IMG/VR virus record: IMGVR_UViG_3300031576_000002
Location: 1 to 64,000 of that record
Strand: one strand, 5' to 3'
DNA: 64,000 nt
Under the pieces are notes generated by a model. That model did no database searches and was not told where the DNA came from. It saw only the letters and a list, made by a program, of their open reading frames with translations. The translations under genes and the position numbers were made by a program. Positions 34,665 to 44,410 of the stretch are shown piece after piece; position 1 is the first letter of the stretch, and every line of letters starts with the position of its first letter.

Positions 34665-36680
34665 CTACAGACTCCTTCGGAATCGAATGACGCCGCCAAA
34701 CTTCTCCCTGGCTGGAAGTTGAGCGTACCGGGAAATGTGGACGCCTGCGTTAGCGACGATTTCGTTCCTACGGCGCCGCATGTCCTTGGCGTCCTCGAAA
34801 ATGTCTTGCGTCGCTAAACGGTGGACGCCGACAAAGCAGATTGCAAGGTCGCTGCTCCCGCCCCGGGGATGGTCCACCCGCTTCTCATTGGCACGCTCTA
34901 GCTGCCTCAGCTCGTAGTACGCCTTCGTCGCCGGTGCGTCTCGAAGCGCGGGGTCGTACTGAGGGCGTTCAGGCGCGGGCAGCTCGATCCGTCTTCCAAT
35001 TGCGTCGGCCGCAAAACGGTCGTAGTCATCTACATTGATGTTGTGCTCGTCTACTTTCAAGCCCGCTGCACGTAGCTGCTGGATCAAATAGACCGAGTTC
35101 CAGTGGTCGTAAGTTATTTGCGCAATGTTAATGTGCTTGCGCAGGTCCTGGAGAAACTTGAGCGTAGACGGAAAATGAACTTCCCTTACAGGCGCTACTA
35201 CACCGCGCGGTGGACGCAACGGGCGAAACTCAATGCACGCATCGTAGACCACGTGGTAGTGGGGAAGTTTCCCTTCTAGGTGCCCAATCACGATTCCGAA
35301 ACTGTCCGACCTATAACCAGGGTCGCAGTGGATCCAGCGCGGAATCACGCGATCCGTCCTGCACTTGTCAAGTACCATCCGAACATACGGATGATCGGCC
35401 TCCTCAAAAAATTCTTCCCTGCAAGTCAGCAGCGGTTTCCGCATTGTCGTGATTGCTTCCACAGCCCCTTCTGGAAGAAGGCGGGGACGAATCCCAAGTG
35501 GCTTCGCCATGAAGTCCCGCTCGGCACCTACAGGATCCGCTTCAAGAGCGGCGGCAAAGTCCTCCTGCGTAAACTCCGGATTCATCTCTGGCGTCGTGTA
35601 GTGACGGAAGAAAATTTTGAGACCTGGAAATTGACGGGCGTTACGCCCCAGGCGCATGATCTTATCTTCGTCGTGAATCGGCGAGGAGATCGAAAACATC
35701 ATCGGCTTACAGGGGGGAAGGACTCCGCGGCGCAGTAAGAACTTGTAACGCCCTTGCAACGTCTTGAGAGAGTGCGAAAGCACTCGGTAAACTTCGTCCG
35801 CACTGATCTTGGAGTCGCCCAGGCCGAAGCGGGCTAGCTCGTCAAGGTAGCAAGCAAGTCGGGTACTTCCCGCTAGCCCAGAAGAGTTGCTATTCCGGCT
35901 CACGCAGACAAATCCTTTTTCTATAAAGTCGATACGACTCTCGGCTTCATCGTCGAACAGGGCCTTACCTGTCTCCATTTCCCTTCGACGCAAGTCTGAA
36001 AGGTAGATTTGAAACCATGGACTACCGTAAAGAAATTGCTTGAAGTTGGCCCAAATCGTGTCTTTCGTCTGTAGTGCGGTACTCGCTACAAATGCAATCT
36101 CGATTGGAGGCCCTGACATCAAACCAAAGGCTTTTCGTACTGTAGAAGGAAGCCCTAGTAGACGGTGGACAAGATAAGATCCATCCCTGCCTGCGTAAAA
36201 GCTCTTACCCGCACGCATACCCGAGATAAGTACAAACTCCTCGTAGTCCGTTAAACGCTCCGCTCGTAGACAGTCCAAGCGGGTAATCCCGCACTCTAGG
36301 CATACGTCATTCTTGAAAATGATCTGCTTTGAAAAATCCTGCTGGTCTAACGGAATACGACGAATAGCTTCTACATCCTGGCAGTAGGGACACAGTAATT
36401 CGTAAAAATCGCGGAAAATTTCGTGGCTTCTCGGGTAGAGCGCTGGACCCGCGCTCAACTCTTCTCCCGTGTACAAAAACCCGGGAGTCTCGATCCAGTC
36501 GATGACGTTGGTAGCCTGCCTGGCAGCAGGCGACGCCGTGGGCGCGGTATTGGCATTGCTCGGATCGAGCCGAGCAATCTCGTCTAGGATCGGACTTGTC
36601 CGCCGCTCTAGCGAGTCAGACTTGCCCGTCTGCTGGCTTTTCGTCCTGCGGCGCGATTTTGACGGGCCACCGAGGCTCAA
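34665..36680 (-). CDS. terL: Terminase large subunit
   Basis: Walker A GMRAGKS, Walker B CYLDE, nuclease IHCDPG, C-terminal DHPRGGSSD. Confidence 0.9.
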   Translation of the reverse strand: MSLGGPSKSRRRTKSQQTGKSDSLERRTSPILDEIARLDPSNANTAPTASPAARQATNVIDWIETPGFLYTGEELSAGPALYPRSHEIFRDFYELLCPYCQDVEAIRRIPLDQQDFSKQIIFKNDVCLECGITRLDCLRAERLTDYEEFVLISGMRAGKSFYAGRDGSYLVHRLLGLPSTVRKAFGLMSGPPIEIAFVASTALQTKDTIWANFKQFLYGSPWFQIYLSDLRRREMETGKALFDDEAESRIDFIEKGFVCVSRNSNSSGLAGSTRLACYLDELARFGLGDSKISADEVYRVLSHSLKTLQGRYKFLLRRGVLPPCKPMMFSISSPIHDEDKIMRLGRNARQFPGLKIFFRHYTTPEMNPEFTQEDFAAALEADPVGAERDFMAKPLGIRPRLLPEGAVEAITTMRKPLLTCREEFFEEADHPYVRMVLDKCRTDRVIPRWIHCDPGYRSDSFGIVIGHLEGKLPHYHVVYDACIEFRPLRPPRGVVAPVREVHFPSTLKFLQDLRKHINIAQITYDHWNSVYLIQQLRAAGLKVDEHNINVDDYDRFAADAIGRRIELPAPERPQYDPALRDAPATKAYYELRQLERANEKRVDHPRGGSSDLAICFVGVHRLATQDIFEDAKDMRRRRNEIVANAGVHISRYAQLPAREKFGGVIRFRRSL

Positions 36681-37068
36681 AGGAATTTCCTTCCTGAAGG
36701 GTCGTCAGTCGGTCCAGCTCGAACATCCGCGTCGCCTGCTTGTTCCGGCAGAAGGCATACAGGACGAGCTTACCACCCATCTCGCGCAATTCGTAGGGCT
36801 CGATCATGCGCGTGGACTCGTTCCCGCCTCGGTCCCGGTACTTGACTCGCAACGTCTTGCGGTTGACCGCTGCCGCCCGGATTGCGTCCAGGGTGACTTC
36901 CATCGAAGAAAGGCCCATCTCAGGACTGTCTCCTTCCAAGGGCTGATTGATGAAGAGTTGGGGGCGGAAAGGACTTACCGCCTTGGGCTTTGGAGCACGC
37001 TTCCCTTTGGGAGGGGACGGCTTAAACCCGGCTGGAACTGATCCTTGTGGAAGCCGATGGTACGCCAC
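36616..37068 (-). CDS. Stand-alone WYL-domain protein
   Basis: AAVNRKTLRVKYRD..G..S.R.IEPY.L......LYAFC..KQA.RMF.LDR. Confidence 0.85.
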   Translation of the reverse strand: MAYHRLPQGSVPAGFKPSPPKGKRAPKPKAVSPFRPQLFINQPLEGDSPEMGLSSMEVTLDAIRAAAVNRKTLRVKYRDRGGNESTRMIEPYELREMGGKLVLYAFCRNKQATRMFELDRLTTLQEGNSFEPRWPVKIAPQDEKPADGQV

Positions 37069-37070
37069 AC

Positions 37071-37847
37071 CTATGCGGCCTTCATTTTCGAGCCGAGGAT
37101 GCGATCGACCTCGATGTTGAGCGCGGTCAGATCGTCCGTATCCAGCCCGCTTGCAAGCGCGGCCAGGAACTTCACCTTGATCTTCGTCCGCAGGTTGGGC
37201 ATCCGTACCAGCACTTTGACGAGCGCCAGCATCTCTTCCTCGTCAAAGCCTTCGATCACATGTGAGACGAAGTCAACGCCCAGAATGCCTTGGCCTAGGC
37301 GAGAGGCCAGTAGATCAAGGAAACGGGCTATCTCTTCATTGCTGCGCGCTACCAGCGCCTCCACCATCTCGACTGCGACATCTCTGCCTGACGCCTTGCC
37401 CTCCCCGAAAGTGGGCTTCTCTTCCTCTTCAGGAGAGGCGCTGGACTCTTTCTTCGTGCCGTACTTCTCCAAGAACTGTGGCTTGGACAGCTTCTTCGCG
37501 TCGCTGAGGATGCGATCTTTGTTCTTGGGGTTGATGACCTTCCTGGCCTGATAGATCAACTCAGGGTTGACACCGTCGAGTTCTTCCTGGATCGCGCCGG
37601 ACTTAGTGACTGCGTGCCGCCACGCCTGCATCAGCTTCGTACAACGCGCGGGATCCATCCCCTCCCGCAACAGCCACTCTTTCAGGGTAGCGGCCCCCTC
37701 GATACAAAAGAGTTGCTCCTCTGCCGCCTTCCAGAGCCACTTGCCCAGCTTGAAGCCGTTCATGCCGATCTCGGCGTGAATAGCTCGGATCTCGTTCAGT
37801 ATCTTTTCAGCGTAGTCCTTCTTGACCGGCTTGTCGCTTGCGCTCAT
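37071..37847 (-). CDS. Hypothetical helical, probably DNA-binding protein
   Basis: 'LGKWLWKA.EEQLF...LKEWL' pattern reminiscent of DUF3102-like phage proteins. Confidence 0.5.
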   Translation of the reverse strand: MSASDKPVKKDYAEKILNEIRAIHAEIGMNGFKLGKWLWKAAEEQLFCIEGAATLKEWLLREGMDPARCTKLMQAWRHAVTKSGAIQEELDGVNPELIYQARKVINPKNKDRILSDAKKLSKPQFLEKYGTKKESSASPEEEEKPTFGEGKASGRDVAVEMVEALVARSNEEIARFLDLLASRLGQGILGVDFVSHVIEGFDEEEMLALVKVLVRMPNLRTKIKVKFLAALASGLDTDDLTALNIEVDRILGSKMKAA

Positions 37848-37890
37848 GTCGCTCCCCGTCCTCGTTGTTAAACCCGTCCCTGCCCATACT

Positions 37891-39127
37891 ACTGGCTTTG
37901 CCTCAGAGTTCAGTAGGAGTTTAGCCGTGCTAAACCGCTACCCTTTCCTGAGTTGCAGCTTCCTCTCTACAAGCAAGATCCGCGTATGGTTGAAAGCCAG
38001 CAACCCTACCAAGATCACGAATGTTCTTGGCAGCGATGGTATCCGCAGGACCAGCATATCCGCAGCGGATACACTTGAACCAACCCCTTTCAGGACGGTT
38101 CTTCTTGTCAATACAGCCGCATTCAGTACAAGTTCTGGAAGTGTTCCTGGGATCGACCAAGACCACAGGAACTCCACATCTTCTTCCCTTGTACTGAATG
38201 AAGCTCCTCAACTGGTAGAAGCTCCAAGAGTGATGTTGACGCCGCTGAGCCTTTCTCACAGTTACTCTCTCCGTGATTCCAGTAAGGTCTTCCAAAGCAA
38301 CGGCACGGAGAGTGTCCTTGGCTTTCGTCACCACCTTCTTAGAGGTGCAGTGATTCACGTCTCTACCAAATCTGGACTCTTTACTTCTCCTCTTTCTGAG
38401 GAGCCTTTTTGCTGACTTGGTCCCTTTGGCTTGCAATTTTGCTCTTAGCTTGGAATGCCGATGTCTAAGCCCATTCACACGATCACCGGAGTAGGTGTCT
38501 CCGTCGGAATCGGCAAGGATATTCTTGACACCAAGATCGCAACCAAGAACATCTTGAGTCTGGATGAGAGGGGCCTCTGGAATGTCAAGAACTTGGTGGA
38601 TGTAGAAACGACCATCTCTGAATACCAAAGTTCCGTCTAGCTTACTGGAAAGATCGACTTGGAAAGGATTATGGAATCGGTAACGGCTTCCGTAGATGAG
38701 AATGGTTCCATCCCTCTTGCAGCTATGCCTGTGAACTGGAATCGCAGAATGTGGGCGGAACTTGACCTGTTTAAGGGCTCTCGGTCTGAAACTCTTGCCG
38801 TGCTTTTTCTTGAGCCTTTGGTTGGTAGACCTGAGCTTGGTTCTGGCTGTCTTGTAAGCAAAGGCAACTCTACGAGCTACTCTTTGTGCCTGGACTCCGG
38901 TAAGGTCGAAAAGTTCCTTGATCTCTCTATAGACCAAGTTGTTGAGAACAACCCACTGAAAAGTCTTTTCTTGGAGCGCAACCGCAGAGACATAGTTACA
39001 GGCTTGGTTGAAGACTTCCACCCTGGAGAGGAGTCCAGAAGTATCTGAAAGCGGGATCTGGAAGGTCAGGTGCATGGCACTAGATTAAACTACCTCAAAT
39101 TTTGAGGCAAGCCCTCATGTACTATAC
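37891..39127 (-). mobile_element. Solo tnpB element (IS200/IS605-related, no tnpA) with hairpin-bearing ends; boundaries approximate
   Basis: Hairpins CCTCAAAATTTGAGG upstream and GTTTAGC-ACG-GCTAAAC downstream; end segments recur at 61537-61578. Confidence 0.6.
37930..39075 (-). CDS. tnpB: RNA-guided endonuclease TnpB (second, divergent clade)
   Basis: GCDLG, LEDL, WSFYQL..FIQYK, TSRTCTECG...CIRCG...ADTIAAKNI. Confidence 0.93.
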   Translation of the reverse strand: MHLTFQIPLSDTSGLLSRVEVFNQACNYVSAVALQEKTFQWVVLNNLVYREIKELFDLTGVQAQRVARRVAFAYKTARTKLRSTNQRLKKKHGKSFRPRALKQVKFRPHSAIPVHRHSCKRDGTILIYGSRYRFHNPFQVDLSSKLDGTLVFRDGRFYIHQVLDIPEAPLIQTQDVLGCDLGVKNILADSDGDTYSGDRVNGLRHRHSKLRAKLQAKGTKSAKRLLRKRRSKESRFGRDVNHCTSKKVVTKAKDTLRAVALEDLTGITERVTVRKAQRRQHHSWSFYQLRSFIQYKGRRCGVPVVLVDPRNTSRTCTECGCIDKKNRPERGWFKCIRCGYAGPADTIAAKNIRDLGRVAGFQPYADLACREEAATQERVAV

Positions 39128-39137
39128 AACAGCAAAA

Positions 39138-39509
39138 TCAGGTTGCCGCGCCCTGGTTCAAGTGGAAGACGGCAGCACAGCGGAAAACGCTAGTAGAGCC
39201 ACTATCATTGGTGATCCGCGCGGCTACCCGGAACCCATTGGGGTGCAGCTTCGGCACGTTGGTATTCGCGGGAAAGACCCCCGGCACCTCGAACACTTTG
39301 ACATTCGGCGGGGGCGTCACCACTGTCGTCGAGATCACTTGATCGGCGTACAGGATCTCCACGGTAAAAGCAAGTCCTCCCATGGAGTGAATCGTGAAGG
39401 TAACGCCGTAGAACTCGGTGTCGCAAAGGACGGGTACTACATCGCTCTCAGCGGGTCCAAGCGTCAGCGTCTTGGGAATCGTGTTGGTCGTGGCACCGGC
39501 AAATGGCAT
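39138..39509 (-). CDS. Hypothetical beta-rich protein (probably structural)
   Basis: ORF track; SD GAGGAGG. Confidence 0.55.
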   Translation of the reverse strand: MPFAGATTNTIPKTLTLGPAESDVVPVLCDTEFYGVTFTIHSMGGLAFTVEILYADQVISTTVVTPPPNVKVFEVPGVFPANTNVPKLHPNGFRVAARITNDSGSTSVFRCAAVFHLNQGAAT

Positions 39510-39519
39510 AGCAACCTCC

Positions 39520-40338
39520 TCAACGGAAAAATTGCGAGTACACCGCGGCCAAGTGCTTGCAAAGCACTGAGCGGCCCTTCAGTTTGTAGCGAGTCCGTCT
39601 CCGCCTGCTGGGGTCCATAGGAGCATAGGTTCGCTGCGGCGCTGGTACTTGCTCCTTGTCGGCGGGCATGACCTTCATCTGCTGCGCTTTCCACCAAGCG
39701 CCCGAATACAAGAAATCAGGGCACCCGCAAAAAATTCTTACATCTGCCTGATGCAACTCCGGCGACGCCTTGGCGCGCACCTCGTCAAAGTCAATCGGAC
39801 GGGGGGTAGGCTTGGGTCTGCGCGGAGGTTTCGGTGGAGCCTTCTTGGGCGCAGGCTTGGGCGCTGTAGGCGCAGGAGCAGGCTTCGCAGGCGTCGGCTT
39901 GGACGGCGCTGGTTTTGGAGTCGGTGTCTTAGGCTTGAGCACTGGAGTAACAGGCTTGGACACACTCGGAACATCTGGAATCTTAGGAATCGTCTGCGAC
40001 ATCTTGAAGCGCTTGAGAAGATCTTCTTTCCGCTTAAGCTCATCGGGAGTCGTAGGCGCTGTAGGCTGCGCCTCTTCCATCTCAGACGGCTCCGGTCGCG
40101 GCCCTTGCAAGACAATCTTCTTCAGCGCGGGCCAGCTCACAATCTCGACAACTTGCTGCCAGGCGCCATGCTGGGAACCTGGACAAGTCGTATTCAGAAC
40201 TAGAACACCATCCTTGTCGTCAAAATCAATTAGATTGGCAAAGCACCCGCTCGATCTTCTTCGACGGCCTTCCGCTTGATCGTAGAGGCGGCGAAACGTC
40301 GCCGCTTCAATATGAAATTCAGAAGCTGTCAGTTCCAC
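39520..40338 (-). CDS. SWIM-type Zn finger protein with Pro/Lys-rich linker
   Basis: FCGCPDF...CKHL; KPAP repeats. Confidence 0.65.
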   Translation of the reverse strand: MELTASEFHIEAATFRRLYDQAEGRRRRSSGCFANLIDFDDKDGVLVLNTTCPGSQHGAWQQVVEIVSWPALKKIVLQGPRPEPSEMEEAQPTAPTTPDELKRKEDLLKRFKMSQTIPKIPDVPSVSKPVTPVLKPKTPTPKPAPSKPTPAKPAPAPTAPKPAPKKAPPKPPRRPKPTPRPIDFDEVRAKASPELHQADVRIFCGCPDFLYSGAWWKAQQMKVMPADKEQVPAPQRTYAPMDPSRRRRTRYKLKGRSVLCKHLAAVYSQFFR

Positions 40339-40341
40339 GGA

Positions 40342-41097
40342 TCACCAATTCGAAAGGAGAATCTGAATGCGTTCCTGAAACTGCTTGGCGCAAGCGTCAA
40401 ACCGCTGGTGGAAGTCCTTGCCGTGCTCTCTTACGAGTTCCACTGCGGCACTGCGTTCCTTCTCACCTGGAAGTTCCTGCTTGAGCGCCATGACCAGTTC
40501 TCGGATCGTCGTCGTGTAGAGCGCTGCCACCTCGCCCGTGTACGACTGAAAGATACCGTCAAGAAAAAGGTCCACCATCACCTTCGGATTCGCAATCTTG
40601 TGGATCGACTGCGCAAGATGATCGAGACGATCTACGGCAAGTAGGAAGGGCTCGACCTCGCCCTTCCGAAAGGGGGCGGGTTGCTTCTGCCGCTCGGCAA
40701 GATCTCGCGCGAGCCGCTCAAGGAGAGACCGAACCCCCTGCAAGCCTACATCCAGCTCTTGCGTCAATCCTGCGATCTTAGAATGGGTAAAGTAGCGTTC
40801 CGCGTTCTCGAACACTTCCTCGCTCGCGCTCGGCGTATGGTTGCGCTGAACACTCTGGAGCGCGTAGGCAACCCGTTGCTCTTCCGGTGCGTGACGGGAA
40901 AAGTGAATCGAAAAGTTACGGGGCGAGAATGGGCGAATGTCCAGGCCGCGAGTAGCGATAATTTCGTTGAGTGCGTTGCAGATGTCAAAGAGACTCGCTT
41001 CATCCTCAAAGCGCATACGTCCGGCAAGAGCTTTCAGCTCTTCCGGTAGATTACAGATTTTGCAGCGAGGCTCGTGCCGCAGACTTTGGTCAGACAC
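40342..41097 (-). CDS. Hypothetical protein, candidate terminase small subunit/DNA-binding
   Basis: CKIC...HTH-like...HFSRH N-terminus then helical region; near TerL. Confidence 0.4.
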   Translation of the reverse strand: MSDQSLRHEPRCKICNLPEELKALAGRMRFEDEASLFDICNALNEIIATRGLDIRPFSPRNFSIHFSRHAPEEQRVAYALQSVQRNHTPSASEEVFENAERYFTHSKIAGLTQELDVGLQGVRSLLERLARDLAERQKQPAPFRKGEVEPFLLAVDRLDHLAQSIHKIANPKVMVDLFLDGIFQSYTGEVAALYTTTIRELVMALKQELPGEKERSAAVELVREHGKDFHQRFDACAKQFQERIQILLSNW

Positions 41098-41117
41098 GGG
41101 GCGCTCCCCCGGCGCCC

Positions 41118-42329
41118 TCAGTAAAGGCGAGAACCGCCGTAAGCGGGCTCTCCGGGCAACATCAACGGAACCTTGCGCGTAGAGTCGTAAGGACCGCGGA
41201 CGTTGGTGTCCTGAAAGTTCATCATCGAGGGAATGCCATAGGGGCGGTAGTTGCGTGGCCTGGAAGCCAGCCGGTAGGAACCCGTGATCTTCGCTACCGT
41301 GTCACGATCGAGCGCGTGAACCTTTCCAGCCGACAGAAAGTACACAGGCTCCTGCACTTTCCCGTTCTCGACCGGCACGGGCACGATCCACTCCAGCACG
41401 GGACCAAGCTGAGTCGGAACTCGCACCTGCACACGGGCCTGAGCGCGCTTCACAGTTCCGTCCGCTGCGTGCTCGACCTTGGAGAAGCCGATGAACCGCA
41501 GCTTGGGCTGGTACACGAAATCAGCCCGTTGAAGTGCCGCATCAGCCGCCTGCATCACTCGTGAGCCAAGCTGGTGCATCGACACCTGGCTCTCGGTCAC
41601 GGAGTCGCGCTGCTGACTCTTCAAGCTGAAATTGAGCTTCTTGGTCGCCTCGACCAGCTTGGCCTTCTTGTTCTCCGGCTTGGCCTGGGCTGTCTTCATC
41701 AACTCGCCCGCAGGCTTCTCGCTGACTTCCCAGTGCGACCACGCCACCAAGAAGTTCTTGGAGTCAGGGAAATAGTCCACAATCTGCCCTGCCCTGCCCG
41801 TCTGACGATCGATCACCTTGTCCATCAGGTTGAAAGCCGCCGCGCCAAACTTGCGAAGCTTCCCGAGCAGTGCCTTCCGAACAGCCAGCGTCTGCTCGCC
41901 TGCCAGAATCTTACGCAGCTCGCCGCGTTCCGCAAGCTGGCGCAGGTGGTCAAACGTAGCAGCCGCCTTGTGAAGACCCTGCATCTTGGCGCGCGCCTGG
42001 AATTGCTCCAGGTCCCGCAGCGTGATCTGGCCTACCGGGTCGAGTTCCTGGCGGTTCCTGGCGGCCACCAGGAACCCGCGCAGCTCGGGCTGAGTCGGCA
42101 CCGCGTACTCCAGCAGCGCCCGGAGCATGGCTGTGCTCAGAACCTCGGGACTGGTAGATGCCTTCTTGGCTCGTCGCGCGTTCCTGGGGTCCAAAACCCT
42201 GCGATAGGGATTGGTTTTGGCCGATGCCTGCGCCTGCTGCCGCGCACGGAACTCGGGCGCAAACTGCTCGAAGTAGCCTCCCAGCGGGGAGGACTCGCGA
42301 AAAGACCGGCTCAGCACAGGCGTGTTCAC
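41118..42329 (-). CDS. Hypothetical protein (probable head/virion protein)
   Basis: ORF track; strongly biased codon usage. Confidence 0.6.
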   Translation of the reverse strand: MNTPVLSRSFRESSPLGGYFEQFAPEFRARQQAQASAKTNPYRRVLDPRNARRAKKASTSPEVLSTAMLRALLEYAVPTQPELRGFLVAARNRQELDPVGQITLRDLEQFQARAKMQGLHKAAATFDHLRQLAERGELRKILAGEQTLAVRKALLGKLRKFGAAAFNLMDKVIDRQTGRAGQIVDYFPDSKNFLVAWSHWEVSEKPAGELMKTAQAKPENKKAKLVEATKKLNFSLKSQQRDSVTESQVSMHQLGSRVMQAADAALQRADFVYQPKLRFIGFSKVEHAADGTVKRAQARVQVRVPTQLGPVLEWIVPVPVENGKVQEPVYFLSAGKVHALDRDTVAKITGSYRLASRPRNYRPYGIPSMMNFQDTNVRGPYDSTRKVPLMLPGEPAYGGSRLY

Positions 42330-42339
42330 GGGATCCCCC

Positions 42340-43182
42340 TTACTCCGCGCGCTTTCGGCCCTGCTCTTCCTTCACCAGAGCTTCCGCATAAGCGCGATCA
42401 CCGAACGCCTGCGTGTAGTAGTCCACGAGGTAGCTCTCTTCCTTCTCCTGAGAGTAGCCGCGCGGCTCCTCCGACTGATCGGGTGGGAACCCGGGATCCT
42501 TGCCGGGATGAACCGGAATCACCTGCGCGGTACGGAACACGAAACGGTGTCCGTCCAGGTCCACGATCGGGTTGCCGCGCCGGTCATAGCTCACCAGATG
42601 ACCGGTCCCCTCGGGAGTCCGTACCTTGGCGCCCACTTTCAGCCTGGCGGCCTCCTTGGGGCGGCTGTCCACGACCTCGACAGAGATCGGCTCGACACTC
42701 TCGGTCTCCTTGCGAACCAGCGCGTAGGCCCCGCTATCGTCCTTTTCCAGAGCCCAGATGCGATGGTCGTCGCCACCGGACTTGCGGAAGAGGCCCGTAC
42801 CGATGCGGACAAAACCAGGCGGAACGCTCGTCGAACTGCGCAGCGGAATCCGCTCTTCCTTGGTCTGGATCCCGACGCGAAGGCAGTTGTTCGCCGTACG
42901 TTCGATGTTGGCCCACACGATCTCCTTGGAGGGAAGCTCGTGTGCCAGGAACGCCGTCAAGTGGGCCGCAGGCGGAACGTCCAGCTCCGGCACAAACTTG
43001 ATGTCCACGTACTCCCCGCCGTCGTAGCGGTAGGGGGCGCTTCCGATCTTGAGATCGGTACGGTGGCCGCGCTTACGCATTCCAGCGGCCAAGCCGGCAA
43101 AGAAATTGTCGGCACCCACCGAGTAGCGATTCGCGGGATTCCCGAACTCCCGACTCAGATTGCGCGCTCGCATCGAAAACAT
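42340..43182 (-). CDS. Hypothetical protein (probable head/virion protein)
   Basis: ORF track; strongly biased codon usage. Confidence 0.6.
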   Translation of the reverse strand: MFSMRARNLSREFGNPANRYSVGADNFFAGLAAGMRKRGHRTDLKIGSAPYRYDGGEYVDIKFVPELDVPPAAHLTAFLAHELPSKEIVWANIERTANNCLRVGIQTKEERIPLRSSTSVPPGFVRIGTGLFRKSGGDDHRIWALEKDDSGAYALVRKETESVEPISVEVVDSRPKEAARLKVGAKVRTPEGTGHLVSYDRRGNPIVDLDGHRFVFRTAQVIPVHPGKDPGFPPDQSEEPRGYSQEKEESYLVDYYTQAFGDRAYAEALVKEEQGRKRAE

Positions 43183-43285
43183 GTTTACCCCTCCCCCATG
43201 CGCTTCCGCAGAACCCCTCGAAGACCCTTAATCCAGATTAACATCTCAAGGTCGAGTGTCAGTGTTGCTACCACGTCCAGGCTCT

Positions 43286-43747
43286 TCATGAGGCCGTTGA
43301 CGACTGTGCGAACGTAGGACTGCTGCCAGACGCTTGCTTCGCACGCAAAGCCCTCTTGCGGCCCGTCGTACTCAGGTAGCGTTTCTTTCTTTGCCCCGCT
43401 GAGTGCTCCTGCATGAACGTCGAAAGATCCGTCTTGAAGTATCGCTTTATCATCGTATACAGGTACGGAATCGAAACTCCCAGCGCTGCGCACTGCGCTT
43501 GCAGTGTCCCGAACTGTTGAGAGGTCTCGACCAGAATGTCTTTGATGTCGCGTCGAACCCGTCCGCTGAATTTCCATTCGATCCACACTACTTTCGGCGG
43601 CTTCCAACGGTAGCACTCAAAACTGCACCAGAGCATGCCCTTCTTGACCCGACTGGGAAACAGATGCTTCGTGACAGGTCCCCCGCATGCAATGCAGGTA
43701 TATCTCCCTTTCGGGGTTGAAGCTCTCGTTGGCGCAGCTTGGTCCAC
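43286..43747 (-). CDS. Zn finger + HTH putative regulator
   Basis: CIACG...WCSFEC; AALGVSIPYLYTMIKR. Confidence 0.6.
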   Translation of the reverse strand: MDQAAPTRASTPKGRYTCIACGGPVTKHLFPSRVKKGMLWCSFECYRWKPPKVVWIEWKFSGRVRRDIKDILVETSQQFGTLQAQCAALGVSIPYLYTMIKRYFKTDLSTFMQEHSAGQRKKRYLSTTGRKRALRAKQASGSSPTFAQSSTAS

Positions 43748-43817
43748 AGCCTCAAGGGTACGTGCCTAGTCCAACGCTACCTAAAGTGCTATTGCAACCG
43801 CAACGCCCACAGTCCCG

Positions 43818-44174
43818 TCAAAGCGGCGTTTTTCTGGCTGCACGACCTTCCACCCCAAAGTTGTCGGGATTCCTTAGAACATGGGTGCGGTACTTCGCCA
43901 TCGCATTCATCAGGTCGCGTTCTATCGTCGCCAGCGGGTACCCCAGCAGAGAAGCGATCTCGGCAGGGCTATGGTCGCGGTCGGGATCATTCCAGTCACA
44001 GTGCGTCGGAAGCTTTCGGTTGAAATGGTCACATCTTGAAAAAGTGCAGTCTCGGTCGCCTACTCCGACCCTCCAGCGCCAGCATGGAAACCGTCGCGTC
44101 AGGTCTTCCTTGCTCACCGAGAGAAGCCAGGCTCGACAGGAGCCCCGGGTAAGTCTATGAAAAACCGCGTCCAA
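43818..44174 (-). CDS. Sigma region-4-like HTH protein with Cys cluster
   Basis: HSPAEIASLLGYPLATIERDLMNAMAK. Confidence 0.6.
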   Translation of the reverse strand: MDAVFHRLTRGSCRAWLLSVSKEDLTRRFPCWRWRVGVGDRDCTFSRCDHFNRKLPTHCDWNDPDRDHSPAEIASLLGYPLATIERDLMNAMAKYRTHVLRNPDNFGVEGRAARKTPL

Positions 44175-44410
44175 CAGCCTGCACGCGCAGCAGCCTTACT
44201 CCACAGAACGCGAATCGCTGCCAAAGTAGATCCGCCTTGTCCGATCACACGGCCGTAGTCCTTTTGATCCACCATGATCTCCAGGACCAGCGTGTGACCG
44301 CCTGCAATCTTGACCACGCTCACTTTTTCTGGAGCCTCGACAATGAGGCGAATACACGCCTCCAAGGTGAGGCGTAGCGATTCAGCAGGGTCGAAAGTAA
44401 CGGAATCCAT
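44114..44410 (-). CDS. khpA: KH-domain RNA-binding protein (KhpA-like)
   Basis: LIVEAPEKVSV...LEIMVDQKDYGRVIGQGG.TL.AIR. Confidence 0.8.
   Translation of the reverse strand: MDSVTFDPAESLRLTLEACIRLIVEAPEKVSVVKIAGGHTLVLEIMVDQKDYGRVIGQGGSTLAAIRVLWSKAAARAGCWTRFFIDLPGAPVEPGFSR

Noticed and set aside
37880-39130. Target-site duplication around the second tnpB
   Set aside because: Only 3-4-nt matches (TAC/ACT) were found; not convincing, unlike the first cassette.
39760-39960. Pro/Lys-rich repeats as a DNA repeat element
   Set aside because: Explained as a low-complexity protein linker in the SWIM-finger ORF.
43185-43616. Track ORF 43185-43616
   Set aside because: Overlaps the better-supported Zn finger/HTH ORF 43286-43747; at most its last 34 codons (MKSLDVV...) may be real.
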